A stretch of DNA of 64,000 nt from contig JAMWBK010000008.1 in NCBI GenBank assembly GCA_029953675.1, positions 1,488,001-1,552,000 on the forward strand, written 5' to 3'. This DNA is from Rhodosorus marinus CCMP1338. Taxonomy: Eukaryota > Plantae > Rhodophyta. Both the position numbers and the translations under genes were made by a program. How positions within the stretch are numbered: the stretch's first letter is position 1; the number at the start of each line of letters is the position of its first letter. A model generated the notes under the pieces. The model was not told the DNA's origin, ran no database searches, and saw only the letters and a program-made list of their open reading frames with translations. Of this stretch, positions 37,434 through 48,672 are shown piece after piece.

Positions 37434-39334
37434 TTTTGGTCTCATCGCTTAGTTGCGATTGCCGGGGGGAAGAACCTGGAAAAAATTGAGCCCTATAAAG
37501 AACCAGAGGAATTACCTATAAAGAACAGAAGGAGAATCTTAACCAGCGAAAGAAAAAGGACAATAATGGCGCTCTAATCAAAATCCAGGCCCCACAGCCG
37601 AAGACCTATGATGGGAACGGGATGCGCCGCTAATTAGTACATTCCTGAACAGTCTCAGGACGTACTTTAAATTAGCACGGCTTCCTGATGACGACGACGA
37701 ATACAAAATTACCCCGGCCGAAGGGTATTTGACAGGAGATGCCTCATACTGGTGGTCTCTGATTCCTGAAGAATTTGAGACAACGTTGAAAACCCAGTTC
37801 TATCCGGCCGATGCGAAAATCCGAGCTAAGCAACAGCTCGCGAGAGCGGTCCAACGGACATCTGTAGCGGCGTACTCCGCGTATTTCAACAAGTGCCTTA
37901 TCCAAGTTGGCACGATCTCCGACTCGGAAAAATTCGATAGATTCGTAGACTCACTGAAACCGGACGTCAAGAAGTATATTTACATACAAGACATCCAGAC
38001 CTTCGACGAGGCGCAGGCCCTAGCGCTCAAGGTGGAGGGAGCCGAACGGGCCAGCCAAGCGTACAGGGGGGAGGAAAAATCATCTACGAAGGCTGCTACG
38101 CCACCGTCTGTCGTGAAGGTTGGTACCCGCTCGGGGCGTACGTACCAACCCACCACCCAGGCGCTCACAAAGCGAAGCTACGCCCACGTCGCCTGCAACT
38201 ACTGTGGAAAACGGGGGCATACGAAGCGTATTTGTTGGAGTAATCCGGAAAGGGGCCAAACGGTGGCGAAGACGGCACCTCCCCTTACTCAACAGTTAAA
38301 AGGGGAGCAGCAGTAGACGACGCCGTTACTGTTGCTGAAAAAGGCGTCCCCTTCCTCTCCACGGGGATATGACAGATGATGATATGACAATCAAAGGGTT
38401 GGTCAACGGCAAGGAAACCCTCCTGCTAATCGATACAGGTAGCAGTCACTCTGTCATAAGGGGATTGCGAGAATCGAGGCCGTTGTTACCGTCTTGACAT
38501 AAACAATTGGATACGGCAGCACCGGGCGCATCCGTTAAAATCTTGAGCGAGGCCAACGTGACTTTACAACTCGGCGGTCACTACTTCGATTGGCAGCCCT
38601 ATATTGTGGAGGACGCTGTGAGCCCGGGATACTTAGGAAGAGACTTCCTAAACCACTACCAAGCGAAGTTTGATCTACCGAAGCAGATCCTGACCCTGAA
38701 ACCAAGCGAAAAACCTGAACCAACAATACAACTTGAAAACGAACTCGAAGAAGAACCTGATAAACCCGGAGAATACCCTGCAGTGATTGCCATGAACCCG
38801 AAAGGAAATAACCCCGACGAAATAAGGAAGAAAGAAGCGGAGGAGCTGGAAAAATGGGTAACATCCAAATACAAGTCGGTTTTTTTCGACGATATATTAA
38901 AGCATTACCACCTTGGCGAAAGATGAACTTCGCTATAGACTTGAAACCAGGAGCGGAGCCAACATCGCAACGACCTTACCGAATGAGTCTTGCAGATCAG
39001 AAAGAGCTTAAAACTTCAACTCCATGATCTTTTGGACAGCAACCTGATTCGACCCAGTTCAGCGCCTGCGCCTCTCTTGCTGGCGTCTGTACACACAAGG
39101 AACGTTTTTCTAAAATCTGGATTTCGCAAAACTGGTATCTCTGTCAATTCCTTCCGTAGTCTATCGAAAGCTTGTTGCTGGTTGGATCCCCACTGAAACT
39201 GAAACGTTTTTCTTCGTCAGTTCCGTTAACTGTGCCGCGGTACATAGGTCCGTAGGTACCGCGTGAAGCCTAGGAATGCACGTATGTCGTGTACGTTCTC
39301 TGGGATCCTCCTTTTATTAACGCGGAACGTGTCA
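37178..39334 (+). mobile_element. Ty3/Gypsy element A: LTR, frameshifted gag, protease and RT start, then an inverted RT/RNase H fragment and a 3' LTR tip
   Basis: gag with YLTGDASYWW and CNYCGKRGHTKRIC; protease LIDTGS; RT start LLDSNLIRPSS; 39061-39310 antisense RAFLGF...QQQAFD...TDASKRGAG; tip TTATTAACGCGGAACGTGTCA; flanks CCCAA / CCCAC. Confidence 0.85.
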
Positions 39335-39379
39335 CCCACCTGACTCACATTGACAGCCTGTCAAGCTCGGGAATGCGTG

Positions 39380-40740
39380 TGTTACGTCCTGACCGAACTA
39401 GTCAGCCGAATGGCTTGTCATGCCATTCAGTCTGACAAATGCACCGGCTGTGTTCACCAGACTTTTGAACCACATCTTTTTCAACGAGCTCAATGACTTT
39501 TTCATGATTTTCTTGAAAACGATACTGTCACCGAACCTGGAAGCACACCGAAGGCATCTGGGTATGGTGTTCAACAAACTACGCAAACATAAATTGTTTG
39601 CCAAGCTATCAAAGTGTACTTTTGGAGTTCCCGAGACGAAGTATTTGGGTCACCTAGTTGGAGGCGGAAAACGGCGACCGGACCCCGGCAAAGTAGTTGC
39701 TCTCAAAAACTGGCGACCTACGAAGAATGTTCAAGACGTCAGATCCTTTCTGGGTTTTACGGGCTACCTACGAAATTATGTGTCGCGATTCAGCCTAATT
39801 GCGGCACCGCTGACAGAGTTGACAAAGAAGGGAGTTAAGTTTCAGTGGGGAGCACAGCAGCAACAAGCTTTTGATAGTTTGCGGACAAAACTATCAAACG
39901 AACCAGTTTTGCATAACCCGGACTTCGGAAAAGGGTTCATCGTTTGTACGGACGCCAGCAACAAGGGCGCAGGTGCCGTACTTCTTCAAACCTTTGACGA
40001 CGGGGAACACCCGATCGCGTACTACTCGAAAAGGTTTACAGAAGCAGAGGAAAGGTACTCAACCTATGAACAAGAGTTGTTCGCTTTAGCGGCTGCAGTC
40101 CTTCACTGGCGCACATATCTGGAGGGGTCGAGTTTTCGGTTCGCACGGATCACGACCCATTGAGATTCTTACATTCGCAAAAGGAGCTTACGAAGAGACA
40201 AGCCCGATATTTATATCGGCTAATGCCCCTTCAGTTCAACATCAAATATAAACAGGGCAAGGAGAATATTGCGGATGCGCTGAGTCGCCACGCCATACAA
40301 CAATTAACAGCCGTACAGTTGTACCCAATCCAGAGTTGGGGCAAGCGTACCTGCAGGATCCGGAGTTCAGCGAAATCTTTGAGCATCCGGAGCGGTACCG
40401 GCAGCAAGGATTCATTCGCAAACTATCAAAAGCTTGTTGCTGCTGTGCTCCCCACTGAAACTTAACTCCCTTCTTTGTCAACTCTGTCAGCGGTGCCGCA
40501 ATTAGGCTGAATCGCGACACATAATTTCGTAGGTAGCCCGTAAAACCCAGAAAGGATCTGACGTCTTGAACATTCTTCGTAGGTCGCCAGTTTTTGAGAG
40601 CAACTACTTTGCCGGGGTCCGGTCGCCGTTTTCCGCCTCCAACTAGGTGACCCAAATACTTCGTCTCGGGAACTCCAAAAGTACACTTTGATAGCTTGGC
40701 AAACAATTTATGTTTGCGTAGTTTGTTGGAGAACGTGTCA
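39380..40740 (+). mobile_element. Ty3/Gypsy element B: LTR tip, RT C-half and RNase H, 312-bp inverted duplicate, LTR tip
   Basis: Starts TGTTACGTCCTGA and ends GAACGTGTCA. EWLVMPFSLTNAPAVF, DVRSFLGFTGY, TDASNKGAGAVL, YSTYEQELFAL. Flanks GCGTG / GCCTG. Confidence 0.85.
39572..40728. repeat. 312-bp inverted repeat (39572-39883 vs 40417-40728) with a 533-bp loop
   Basis: Both arms read as reverse complements by eye. The ORF track gives identical peptides on opposite strands (39614-39838 + and 40462-40686 -). Confidence 0.95.
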
Positions 40741-40767
40741 GCCTGCCATGCAATTCGCAAGTGAGAA

Positions 40768-41165
40768 TTTGAACGCCGGGGAAGAAGATTGAAATTCAAT
40801 CAATATTCGTCGTTGATTGAAGAATATCGGATTCTTGTCGGATAAAAAGAGTTTTATTTTGTATTCAGGTCTGAGAAACTTGTATCGGACGCGAGGCAGA
40901 GGTCGGACAATCGAATTATTACGCAATTGCCGTCCAATATTTATCGGACACTATGGGATTTTTATTATATCGGACGGAAACGACAACCAGATTTTTGACG
41001 TCAACCGACCATCGTTTCAAAACAGAACGTTTAATTAATTAAATTTCACTGGCCGATAGGCTTGCTGATGATACTGCCACTTGACCAAAACTGTTTTATA
41101 GTTTTTCAATATCGGTAAAATTTCGTCTACCTAGTAATAGTTGCTGCCGACTCGGCCCGTTCAAA
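40768..41165. mobile_element. Possible MITE/DNA-transposon relic
   Basis: TTTGAACG..CCG at left and CGG..CGTTCAAA at right; six TCGGA (mostly TATCGGA) motifs in the same orientation; no clear TSD. Confidence 0.35.
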
Positions 41166-41370
41166 ATATTCATAATTCGAAGGACAATGACCAAACAGCC
41201 TACGATGGAAAGAGTGCTTAGAGGCGCTGACCCCGTGTCCACGACCGGCGATGACCTTCTAACGATTGTGGTGAGCTTCTAGACACGAGGAAAATGATGA
41301 ATCAGAGCAAAAAAAAGCATTGAATAACTCGCCACTGCTGACCCCTGGGGTTGCGCTCGCGCTGGGTTCA

Positions 41371-44300
41371 TCAGGACATGAGCACTTCTATTCGGATTGT
41401 CTTCGCGCTGACGTCACTAGGAAGCTGGAGGATGCCCGCGAAGTTCACAAGGACTCTCGCGTAGGCCTTAATTTCTGCCCGAACCTCAGCTCCTCCCTGA
41501 GCACGGCTTCGCCTGCGCTCACTTGAGTACATCTCTGCCAAGCACTCCATTGCTGCTACCAGAATGTCTCCAATCCTGGGGTAAGGTCGTTTTGCAAAAA
41601 AAGAAAACCAGTGAGCCAAACGCTGGTTTCACCAAAAGCAAGTCTATTAAAGGTAGGGCCCGGTTACCTATCTGTTACGTCCTCGTTCAGGTCTCTGCTT
41701 CCATCCTTCCACTCGACCGCCTTCTGTATGAGTTGGTCATCCCTGGTAGGAAGGATGTTCAACTGCTTTATCGTTTCCCATGCCTGTGAGAACTTCCCGT
41801 CCTCCTTAAGGTTGAAAAACTTGTAGAGGCTCAGTAGGGTAGAAAAAGATCTCTCCAGTTTTGCGTCGCGAATAATTCCCGACGAGTTCTGAACCGTGCG
41901 CTTGTGGTCCTCCGCCCGCCGAAGGATCTTTCTCTTCCCATCGTTGTTTGGTCCCAGCAACTGGGCGGATAGTACGTGCAAGAGGATGCTCGTGACTCGC
42001 TCTTCCTCACCGCAGAGAGAATACAGAGCAAGAGCAGCGTCCCTGTCACCATTGTTCTCAGCCGCTTCGGCCGCAGAAGCAATGAGGAGGTTCTTCGCCT
42101 CCAGGGGTTCGCCACTGTACTGCCAAAGCTCGTCCAGAGCACCCTTTCCCTGAGCGTCAGGCTTCGTGCTGCCGACGATCGCGTCGTACTCGCCAGTATC
42201 CAGCATCAACATTCGCAGGAGCGAATGTCTCAGAATGGAATCTCGGAATACAAACATATACATGGCAGCCTCCCTCGGGTAAGGACGGGAAAACTCTTTA
42301 ACGTATCTGCCGTGAGCAAAAGCAGAATTGGAGACGAACGCATCAGGCTTCCAGTGCGTTTGCAGTCTCCATGAAAACCTTGAAGAGCTGACAAAGATTG
42401 TCACTCACTCACCTCCAGATCAGTTCCGGGAGAGTGTCCAGTCTTGGAGATTCCTTCTCGTCCAGAGGAGCTTCGCCAGCCTCTACGAGGCCGTAGTAGT
42501 ACATAGCCAATGCCAAGTGAGCCGTATCAGACAAGTCTGCGCTCGAAGATCGGCTCATGTATTCTAATGCCGCCTTGTACTGGCAACTAAGGAGAAGGAC
42601 GTGAACATACTGGAAACTCCTAAAAGATGAGACAGAGTTCAAAAACGAATTAGGCCATGACTCGCACACCATCGTTGGTATTCACATCTGTCGAGCGACC
42701 AAGACGTACCTGTCTCCTTTAGGATCGAAATGGGCAGAACCGAAAGATAGGACTTCCTCCTGAACTTTTTTGAGCAGCAGACGCTTTCCAGTGTTTGAGG
42801 AGGCACCAGATGCGCTGGAGTCTTCTCGTACAAGACTTAGACGAAGCCAAAGATAGTCCTCAATGGAATTGAAAAGCAGGTGGTAGTCATCTTCAACCAG
42901 TGACATGGTGTCATCCCCAGAGGCGTCCATCCGAGCGATAAGGACGTAGCAGACGCGCCGGAACGGGTCGCTGCCCCTTCGGACCTTAAGACAAAACGGA
43001 TTTATTCATATTCTCAGATTGGTGTTCGAGGTGTACATGCTCTTCCGTTCACAACGGAGCAGTTTTGGCTCTATCGAAATCAAACAGGGCTGACAGTAAA
43101 CAACTTACCAGGACGGTGTACTCCTGCACAAGCTTCCCCAGTGAACCGCTAGGTACTGTACGGCTATCACCGCTGTTAACGTACTGTCGGATGTAGTGGT
43201 GAAACAGGCCTCCTTCACCTTCGATTTGCTGCAATGGGTCGTCGTCGGCACAATGGAGTACACCCAAAATTGCTTCAGACATCAAGCTTGGCAACCGCAG
43301 CCGATGACTACTCTATCCGTAGTATTCTCTAACATCCGTGATGTGTTTTCCCGCCTTACCTCTTTCGCCTGTTCAGCCAGGTCAGCAGCTGCATCGGGGA
43401 ACCCACAGCGCATGAGGTAGTAAATCTGCGGCCAAAGCGGGAGTCCATTTACAGTTGGTCCGCCCTCGAGGATGTGCGGGATTCCTCTCTCAAAAATAAC
43501 ATTTAAATAAGCACGCACATCTCCTAGGATGCTGGGATCTCCTCCTCGACGGGCAACGAGTGGAGCTGCGGCAATCGCTCCTCTTAGTTTTTTTTCAAGA
43601 AACAGACCGCAAAGGTACCTCAGTACCCCGGTGATTGCCATTTCAGTGCTTGAAGGGGTGCCCTCTGCTAGCGAAGCAGAGTTTGAGTCCTGGCCGAGTT
43701 AGGAGTAAGTTAGTAGTCCAACCTACTTTGGTGACCAACACATTGGTGAAGTAGATACCTCATGCGCGATGCCTTTGAGGACTCGAAAGCATTCTTCAAC
43801 TTGAAAGCCGCGTTTTTCTTCTACCGTAATCTTCTCAAACTCGTTTGCAACTTTGAAACGACGCGTTGATGGAGTTCTTCTCGACTGAAGGATGCTCTTG
43901 ACTACTTCCGAATAAAGAACATCCACCCTTGCTCTTCGGGCGGAAGATGAAGCGGATCTGAGAGCACAAACGCAGAAAGCAGATGTGAATCGACTGTGAA
44001 AAAATTGTGTCAAATCGAGCTATGGCAAGAGTCCGTTTGACTGAGGAAAGGTACCTCGGTTGTGGTGCGACGCGGAAAGGACTTGCAAAGAATATCGAGG
44101 ACGATTTTTCAGTTGGTGGCTCTTCGACAATTGCCTGCGGTCTTTTGAGGGCCAGGAGCTCCTTCTTCTTCAATTCCCAATCAGAATCCATCGCCAGCGC
44201 GTCTGCTTCTCTTGATTCACGGAGAACGCGCTCGCGGTTTTCTTCCATCGCGCCGAGTATGAGCATTTCGTGCTGAGCGAGAAGACAGAGATGAGCAGAT

Positions 44301-44869
44301 GAGATTTTCAACCTTGGAGACGTTTCCGTTTTCCTAGAGCTGTGCTGGAGACGCCTGATTTCTTGTCTGAGAACACGCTCAGCCTTGACCTTGGAGAGTA
44401 CCTCCACCAGTAGTCTCCTCAACGGGACTCCTGCTGTTTACTGTGTTTTGCCCTTTTTTTCCCTACCTCGTGACGCACAAACGCGTCGATATTGGTTTCA
44501 TCAAAGCTTTCATAGGGCTCAAGCCGATCCAGAAGAGCAACAGACTGCAAGGACCTCTCCAGTTTATCCGTTTCGAACCCATACTCTGCGAGGAGCCTCA
44601 CAGCACTTTCTCCAGCGACCTAAAGTGCAACAACTCGCAACGTTTCAGATCCAAGAACCATCGGAAAAGCTAAAAGCTAGACAAAGCCGGCGCAGAAAAA
44701 GGGTGAACTTTCTCACCCCCGCAGCGCCACTTTTCGAACTCAAAACTCGCCGAGATTCCTGATCGATCTGGTCCAGCTGCCTCTCAAGCCTGGGAATCTG
44801 ACTCCGCCCAAGGACACTTGCATTCAGCCCCTGCGATCTCGCAAGGACGTCAGTGAAATCCATTTCCAT
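41371..44869 (-). CDS. NUP93: Nucleoporin Nup93/Nic96, multi-exon
   Basis: N-terminal IPRLERQLDQIDQESRR and RLLAEYGFETDKLERSL; LWPQIYYLMRCG; FNSIEDYLWLRLSLV; YFHVLLL-type YVHVLLLSCQYKAALEY; LRMLMLDTGEYDAIVG. Confidence 0.95.
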
Positions 44870-45242
44870 TGCGCTGTTTTAAAGAATACTAATCAAATCT
44901 GTTATTCTTCCATCTTGTTTCAGTCGCCTTGGTTCCAACTTGTCTTCTCAGTACTACCGCAAGCTCATGCTCACATCACCGTTCCCGTCCCCACCGAACG
45001 TGTGGGGATAAGAGCTGGGATGGTGGAGGTAGGTGAACAGTATTGATCCATGGTTTCAAGCTATCTAAACAGACCTGATGATGTGTAATGTTTCTAGGAC
45101 AGACTAGATGGGACTCTTTGTTCAGACGAAAAGCTTTGACAATGAAAAACGGGGAAGGATAAAGGCACTGCAAGCGAAGTGCCTTGAAGAGTGAATGTCG
45201 GATCGCGCTCCGTTCAGGCTTCTGCTCAGACTGACCGCTTGT

Positions 45243-45600
45243 TCAGATGTGGACCCCAACGTCGTCTTTGAAATGATCCTGTGTGCGTGTTTCGTAGGAG
45301 GCCAACGAAAGATGGGGTTTCTCTCTGCTGAGCCAATTACCCTTCTGCAGCTTTTCGGTCGGATCTACTGACGACTCGTCCTCGAAAAAAAGGCTGTTGG
45401 ATGGGTACTGATCGCGTGAAGCAGCGGAATTGACTGCAGAAGTCAGCTGTTCTGTCATGTTTCACCGACGTGAATGTACCGGCGCACGAGTTGGCAGAGG
45501 TCTGATGCGGAGTCAGTGTCAAGGAGTGCCCAGCCCAGACCTGGAAAAGGTAGCGGGGTTATCGGGGGTATCGGGGGCCTGCAACGGGGAATTTTCAAAA
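45243..45600 (-). CDS. Possible small unknown gene between NUP93 and the divergent promoter
   Basis: ORF MTEQLTSAVNSAASRDQYPSNSLFFEDE... and an upstream MGRELDVVVEDRNFENS.... A C/A-rich leader at 45820-45880 indicates a minus-strand start. No family recognised. Confidence 0.3.
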
Positions 45601-46286
45601 TTCCGATCTTCAACTACCACGTCCAGCTCTCTTCCCATCCAATTATTCTACAGAGCGAGATAGTCGTTGCCTAGGACACCACAGCAAGCAGAATGCTCTC
45701 AATCCGCCAAGTATTGTTGTTGCTCACCACGGACTGGGGGGCGGGGAGGGAAGGGGGGTAGTAGAGAGAGTGCAATCCTCTGGGAGCACTCGGGTGAACC
45801 AATTTCAACGTTCGAACCCCAAAGCTCCCACCCCAACTCGCTCTCACCTCAAAAATGTCTCACAATAAATTTCACTTAACAAAGATAGTCAGTCAACTAC
45901 AATAGTAATATTTTAATCATATGCGTATTCAGTCAATAAAATACATATTTTATTCGTAAATAGAGTTCTATATAGACTGACTTGAAATTTGTTTTAGAGA
46001 TTCGTTGTTGACGTTCTTTTCTTGATCGAGTGTTTCACGTCAAGCGTGGTTGATTGGAAACTCTTCGTTATTGTGGGGAAGCGATTCACGTCAGGAGATA
46101 TGACAGAGGACGCGTTCTGTTTTGGCCATTTGGTGAATGGGAGAACAAAATCTGTCCGGATGGATAGAAGGTGAGTTACGTCGGAGGTGATGACGTAGGA
46201 CGTGATGGCGTTGGAAGTTGTTTTGGTTTTGAGGTAGTTGAGGAGAGATTTTGGAGGGAGAGAGTGGGGGGGGGGGGGGGAGGAGG

Positions 46287-46598
46287 ATGGGGACTTTTAT
46301 GAAGAAGCTTTGGGCGGATTCGAAGAGTTTGGTAATCAGGGAGCTGAAATTCTACAAGGGAAAACTTGACGATTTCCATAAGGATCCGGAGAAGTGGATT
46401 GTTCCAAAGTCCTTGCGAGGATTTGGGTTTGATTATCACTGGATAGAGAGGAAGTACGCCGAAAACAAAACGGGCGAGAAGACGTCGAGAACGATTAAGG
46501 GGCTTAAGGATCAGGAGACCCAAGAAGCCCTTGGATCGTTTTATACCGCTGAGAAGAATCGTCCAAAGTTCTACAAGTTTAACCGAAAGAGGAAATGA
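46287..46598 (+). CDS. 103-aa unknown basic protein whose stop overlaps the RFT1 start codon
   Basis: ATG 46287 to TGA 46596-46598; the RFT1 ATG is at 46595 (ATGA overlap). Coding-like composition; preceded by a G/T-rich leader. Confidence 0.6.
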   Translation: MGTFMKKLWADSKSLVIRELKFYKGKLDDFHKDPEKWIVPKSLRGFGFDYHWIERKYAENKTGEKTSRTIKGLKDQETQEALGSFYTAEKNRPKFYKFNRKRK

Positions 46599-48672
46599 GC
46601 GAGCAGGTGATTGAGAGCGCGGCAAAGGGCCTCGGATCCTCAGTCGCGCTCCAGATCGCTTCTAAGCTCGTGACCTTCGGAATGAGAGTGATTATTATAA
46701 GGCTGCTGGGACCTCAGCTCTTTGCGTTTTCCGAGGTGTGCAGTGCTCTCCTGTCGATTGGCTGCGCGGTGTCCCGCGGGAGCTTGAAGCGTCGTACGGT
46801 ACCTGAATCCAGCCCCGTTCAATTCCTCGTAGGTCCAGATGTCGCTGATGATCTCGTTAGTTCTACTTCCAGCCAGAGAGGGTCTCCGCAGGATTGCCAT
46901 ACGAGAAGAGACTGATCTTCAATCGCGTCTGCTCGCGACAAGCGGAACGTTTCTCTCCGTCCTGCTGGCGCTTTTCACTGCAATTTTCAACTCCTTTTTC
47001 TACAAGGACGTACAATCAACTGCGATGGTAAACATCGTTGAAATTCGTAGCACGATGCGAAACACATCGACTTGCTGAATTTGCCGAGACTGCGTCAGGT
47101 TCTCTCCAGTGTAGCTGCCGCCGTTGAGAGTTTTTCAGAACCCGCGGTGGTGAATGCAACTCGGAGGGAATTGTACAAGGCAATATCCACTATACGAGCA
47201 GTTGCCCTGATCAGCAGTAGTGCGGTTGGAGTGGTATCGGTCTACATGCTACCTCAATCCCAAGGAGTCTACTCGATCATTCTCTCCAATTTGACGTATG
47301 GACGAAGAGCAAACCTTAATTACAGGCGAGGCCTTATGTCTCATTTCTCTCAAAACCAATGCTCTTCTTTAGACACGCCCTCGTACTCGTCGTCGGCCTA
47401 ACCAGCACCAGCGGGGGCGTCTCAGACGTGTTTAGTATCGGCATACCAAACTCTGAAGTGATTCGGCTTGCATTTGACGCAGTCGTGCAGTCCGTGATGA
47501 AGTTCGTGCTAGGTAGTCTCCAGCCAAGCTCGCACAGGCGTGCAAGACTACAGCGCGAGTTGCTGACCAGCCTTGTTTCTTGTACTAGGGAACGGGGAAG
47601 GTTTTATCCTCCTGCTTAGCTGCGACGAAACCTCCCGAGGCGCGTATAAGCTGGCAAGCAACATATCATCCCTTGCGGCTAGGTTTGTCTTTGATAGACT
47701 GGAGGAACAGAGCTTTGCTGCTTTTTCAAGGCTACAAAACGTAATGAACGCGCCGCGCACTGTTGCTTTGCCTCAAGAGCTTTTGAGTTCAGTTTCTGAG
47801 CGGACGGAGACTGTCACCTGTTTAGGACGTCCCCGCGATGGAACGCACGTTTGTCCTAGCGACTAAAACGTCTTCCATGATAGCCATGCTGTTCAGTTTC
47901 ATCGGACCAGCCTATTCGCGGCTTTTTGTGAGGATCATGTACGGTCCCGAGTGGGAAGCAGCCGGAGTTCCGTTCCTCCTGAGCTTGAGTTTTTTTTACC
48001 TTCAATTCATTTCCGTGAACGGAATTGCGGAGGGCTACTTCAATGCTGTTGCGACTTCGAAAGCCGTTCGAGGCTATTCGATGTTCACTTTCATTGTTAT
48101 GATCTTGTATATGGGTACGTGAAGGATGATGTGCCGTACGCATCTCAAGCAGTAGAAGCTCACAGACCAATGCGACTTCGTAGGATTCGGGACGGCCTTT
48201 GCTGTTTACTATGGCCCAGCTGCTATCATCCTGGCCAATGCGTTGAACATGATCTTCAGAGCGGTGTACTGTGCACGGTTCATTGCCAGATTGAATTCTA
48301 AGAAAACAGATCAAACTCGAACGGCTTTGGCCCTGCTGAAAGAGGCGACTCCCACGCTCGGGTTTTTCTTCACTATGGTCGCACTGTCCTTGCTCACGCT
48401 TGGCAGTGAGAGGCTCATGAACGACCAGGTACGCATATAATTTTGAGCTTTTCCGAAGGAGCACAAGAGAACTTCACGATTACGTTCTCAATTTCTTTTC
48501 CGAACGTGTTCTGCATCCGCTCCAGCTCAACCCGGTGCACGTGGGCTTGCATCTTCTAGCAGGGTTCGGCTCCTGTATCGTTGTGCTCGCTGCTGTATTC
48601 AGGTTTGAGAGAATTTTCGTTCAACAAGCGAGGAAAATTTTTCGCGGGGAAATGCCAGCCAAAGAAGACTAG
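46595..48672 (+). CDS. RFT1: Man5GlcNAc2-PP-dolichol translocation protein RFT1, multi-exon
   Basis: LQIASKLVTF...IIRLLG, LPAREGLRRIA, YKLASNISSLAARFVFDRLEE, SVNGIAEGYFNAVA, LANALNMIFR; last exon ends ...MPAKED* at 48672. Confidence 0.93.

Noticed and set aside
37178-40740. Classical autointegration product as the explanation of the scrambled Gypsy elements
   Set aside because: Autointegration joins the terminal CA ends to internal sequence. Here the CA/TG ends face host DNA with TSD-like flanks, and the inner side of the tips is what joins the pol fragments.
41673-41683. TGTTACGTCCT match to the LTR 5' tip
   Set aside because: Lies within intact NUP93 coding sequence (EDVTDR) with no partner tip or TSD; chance match.
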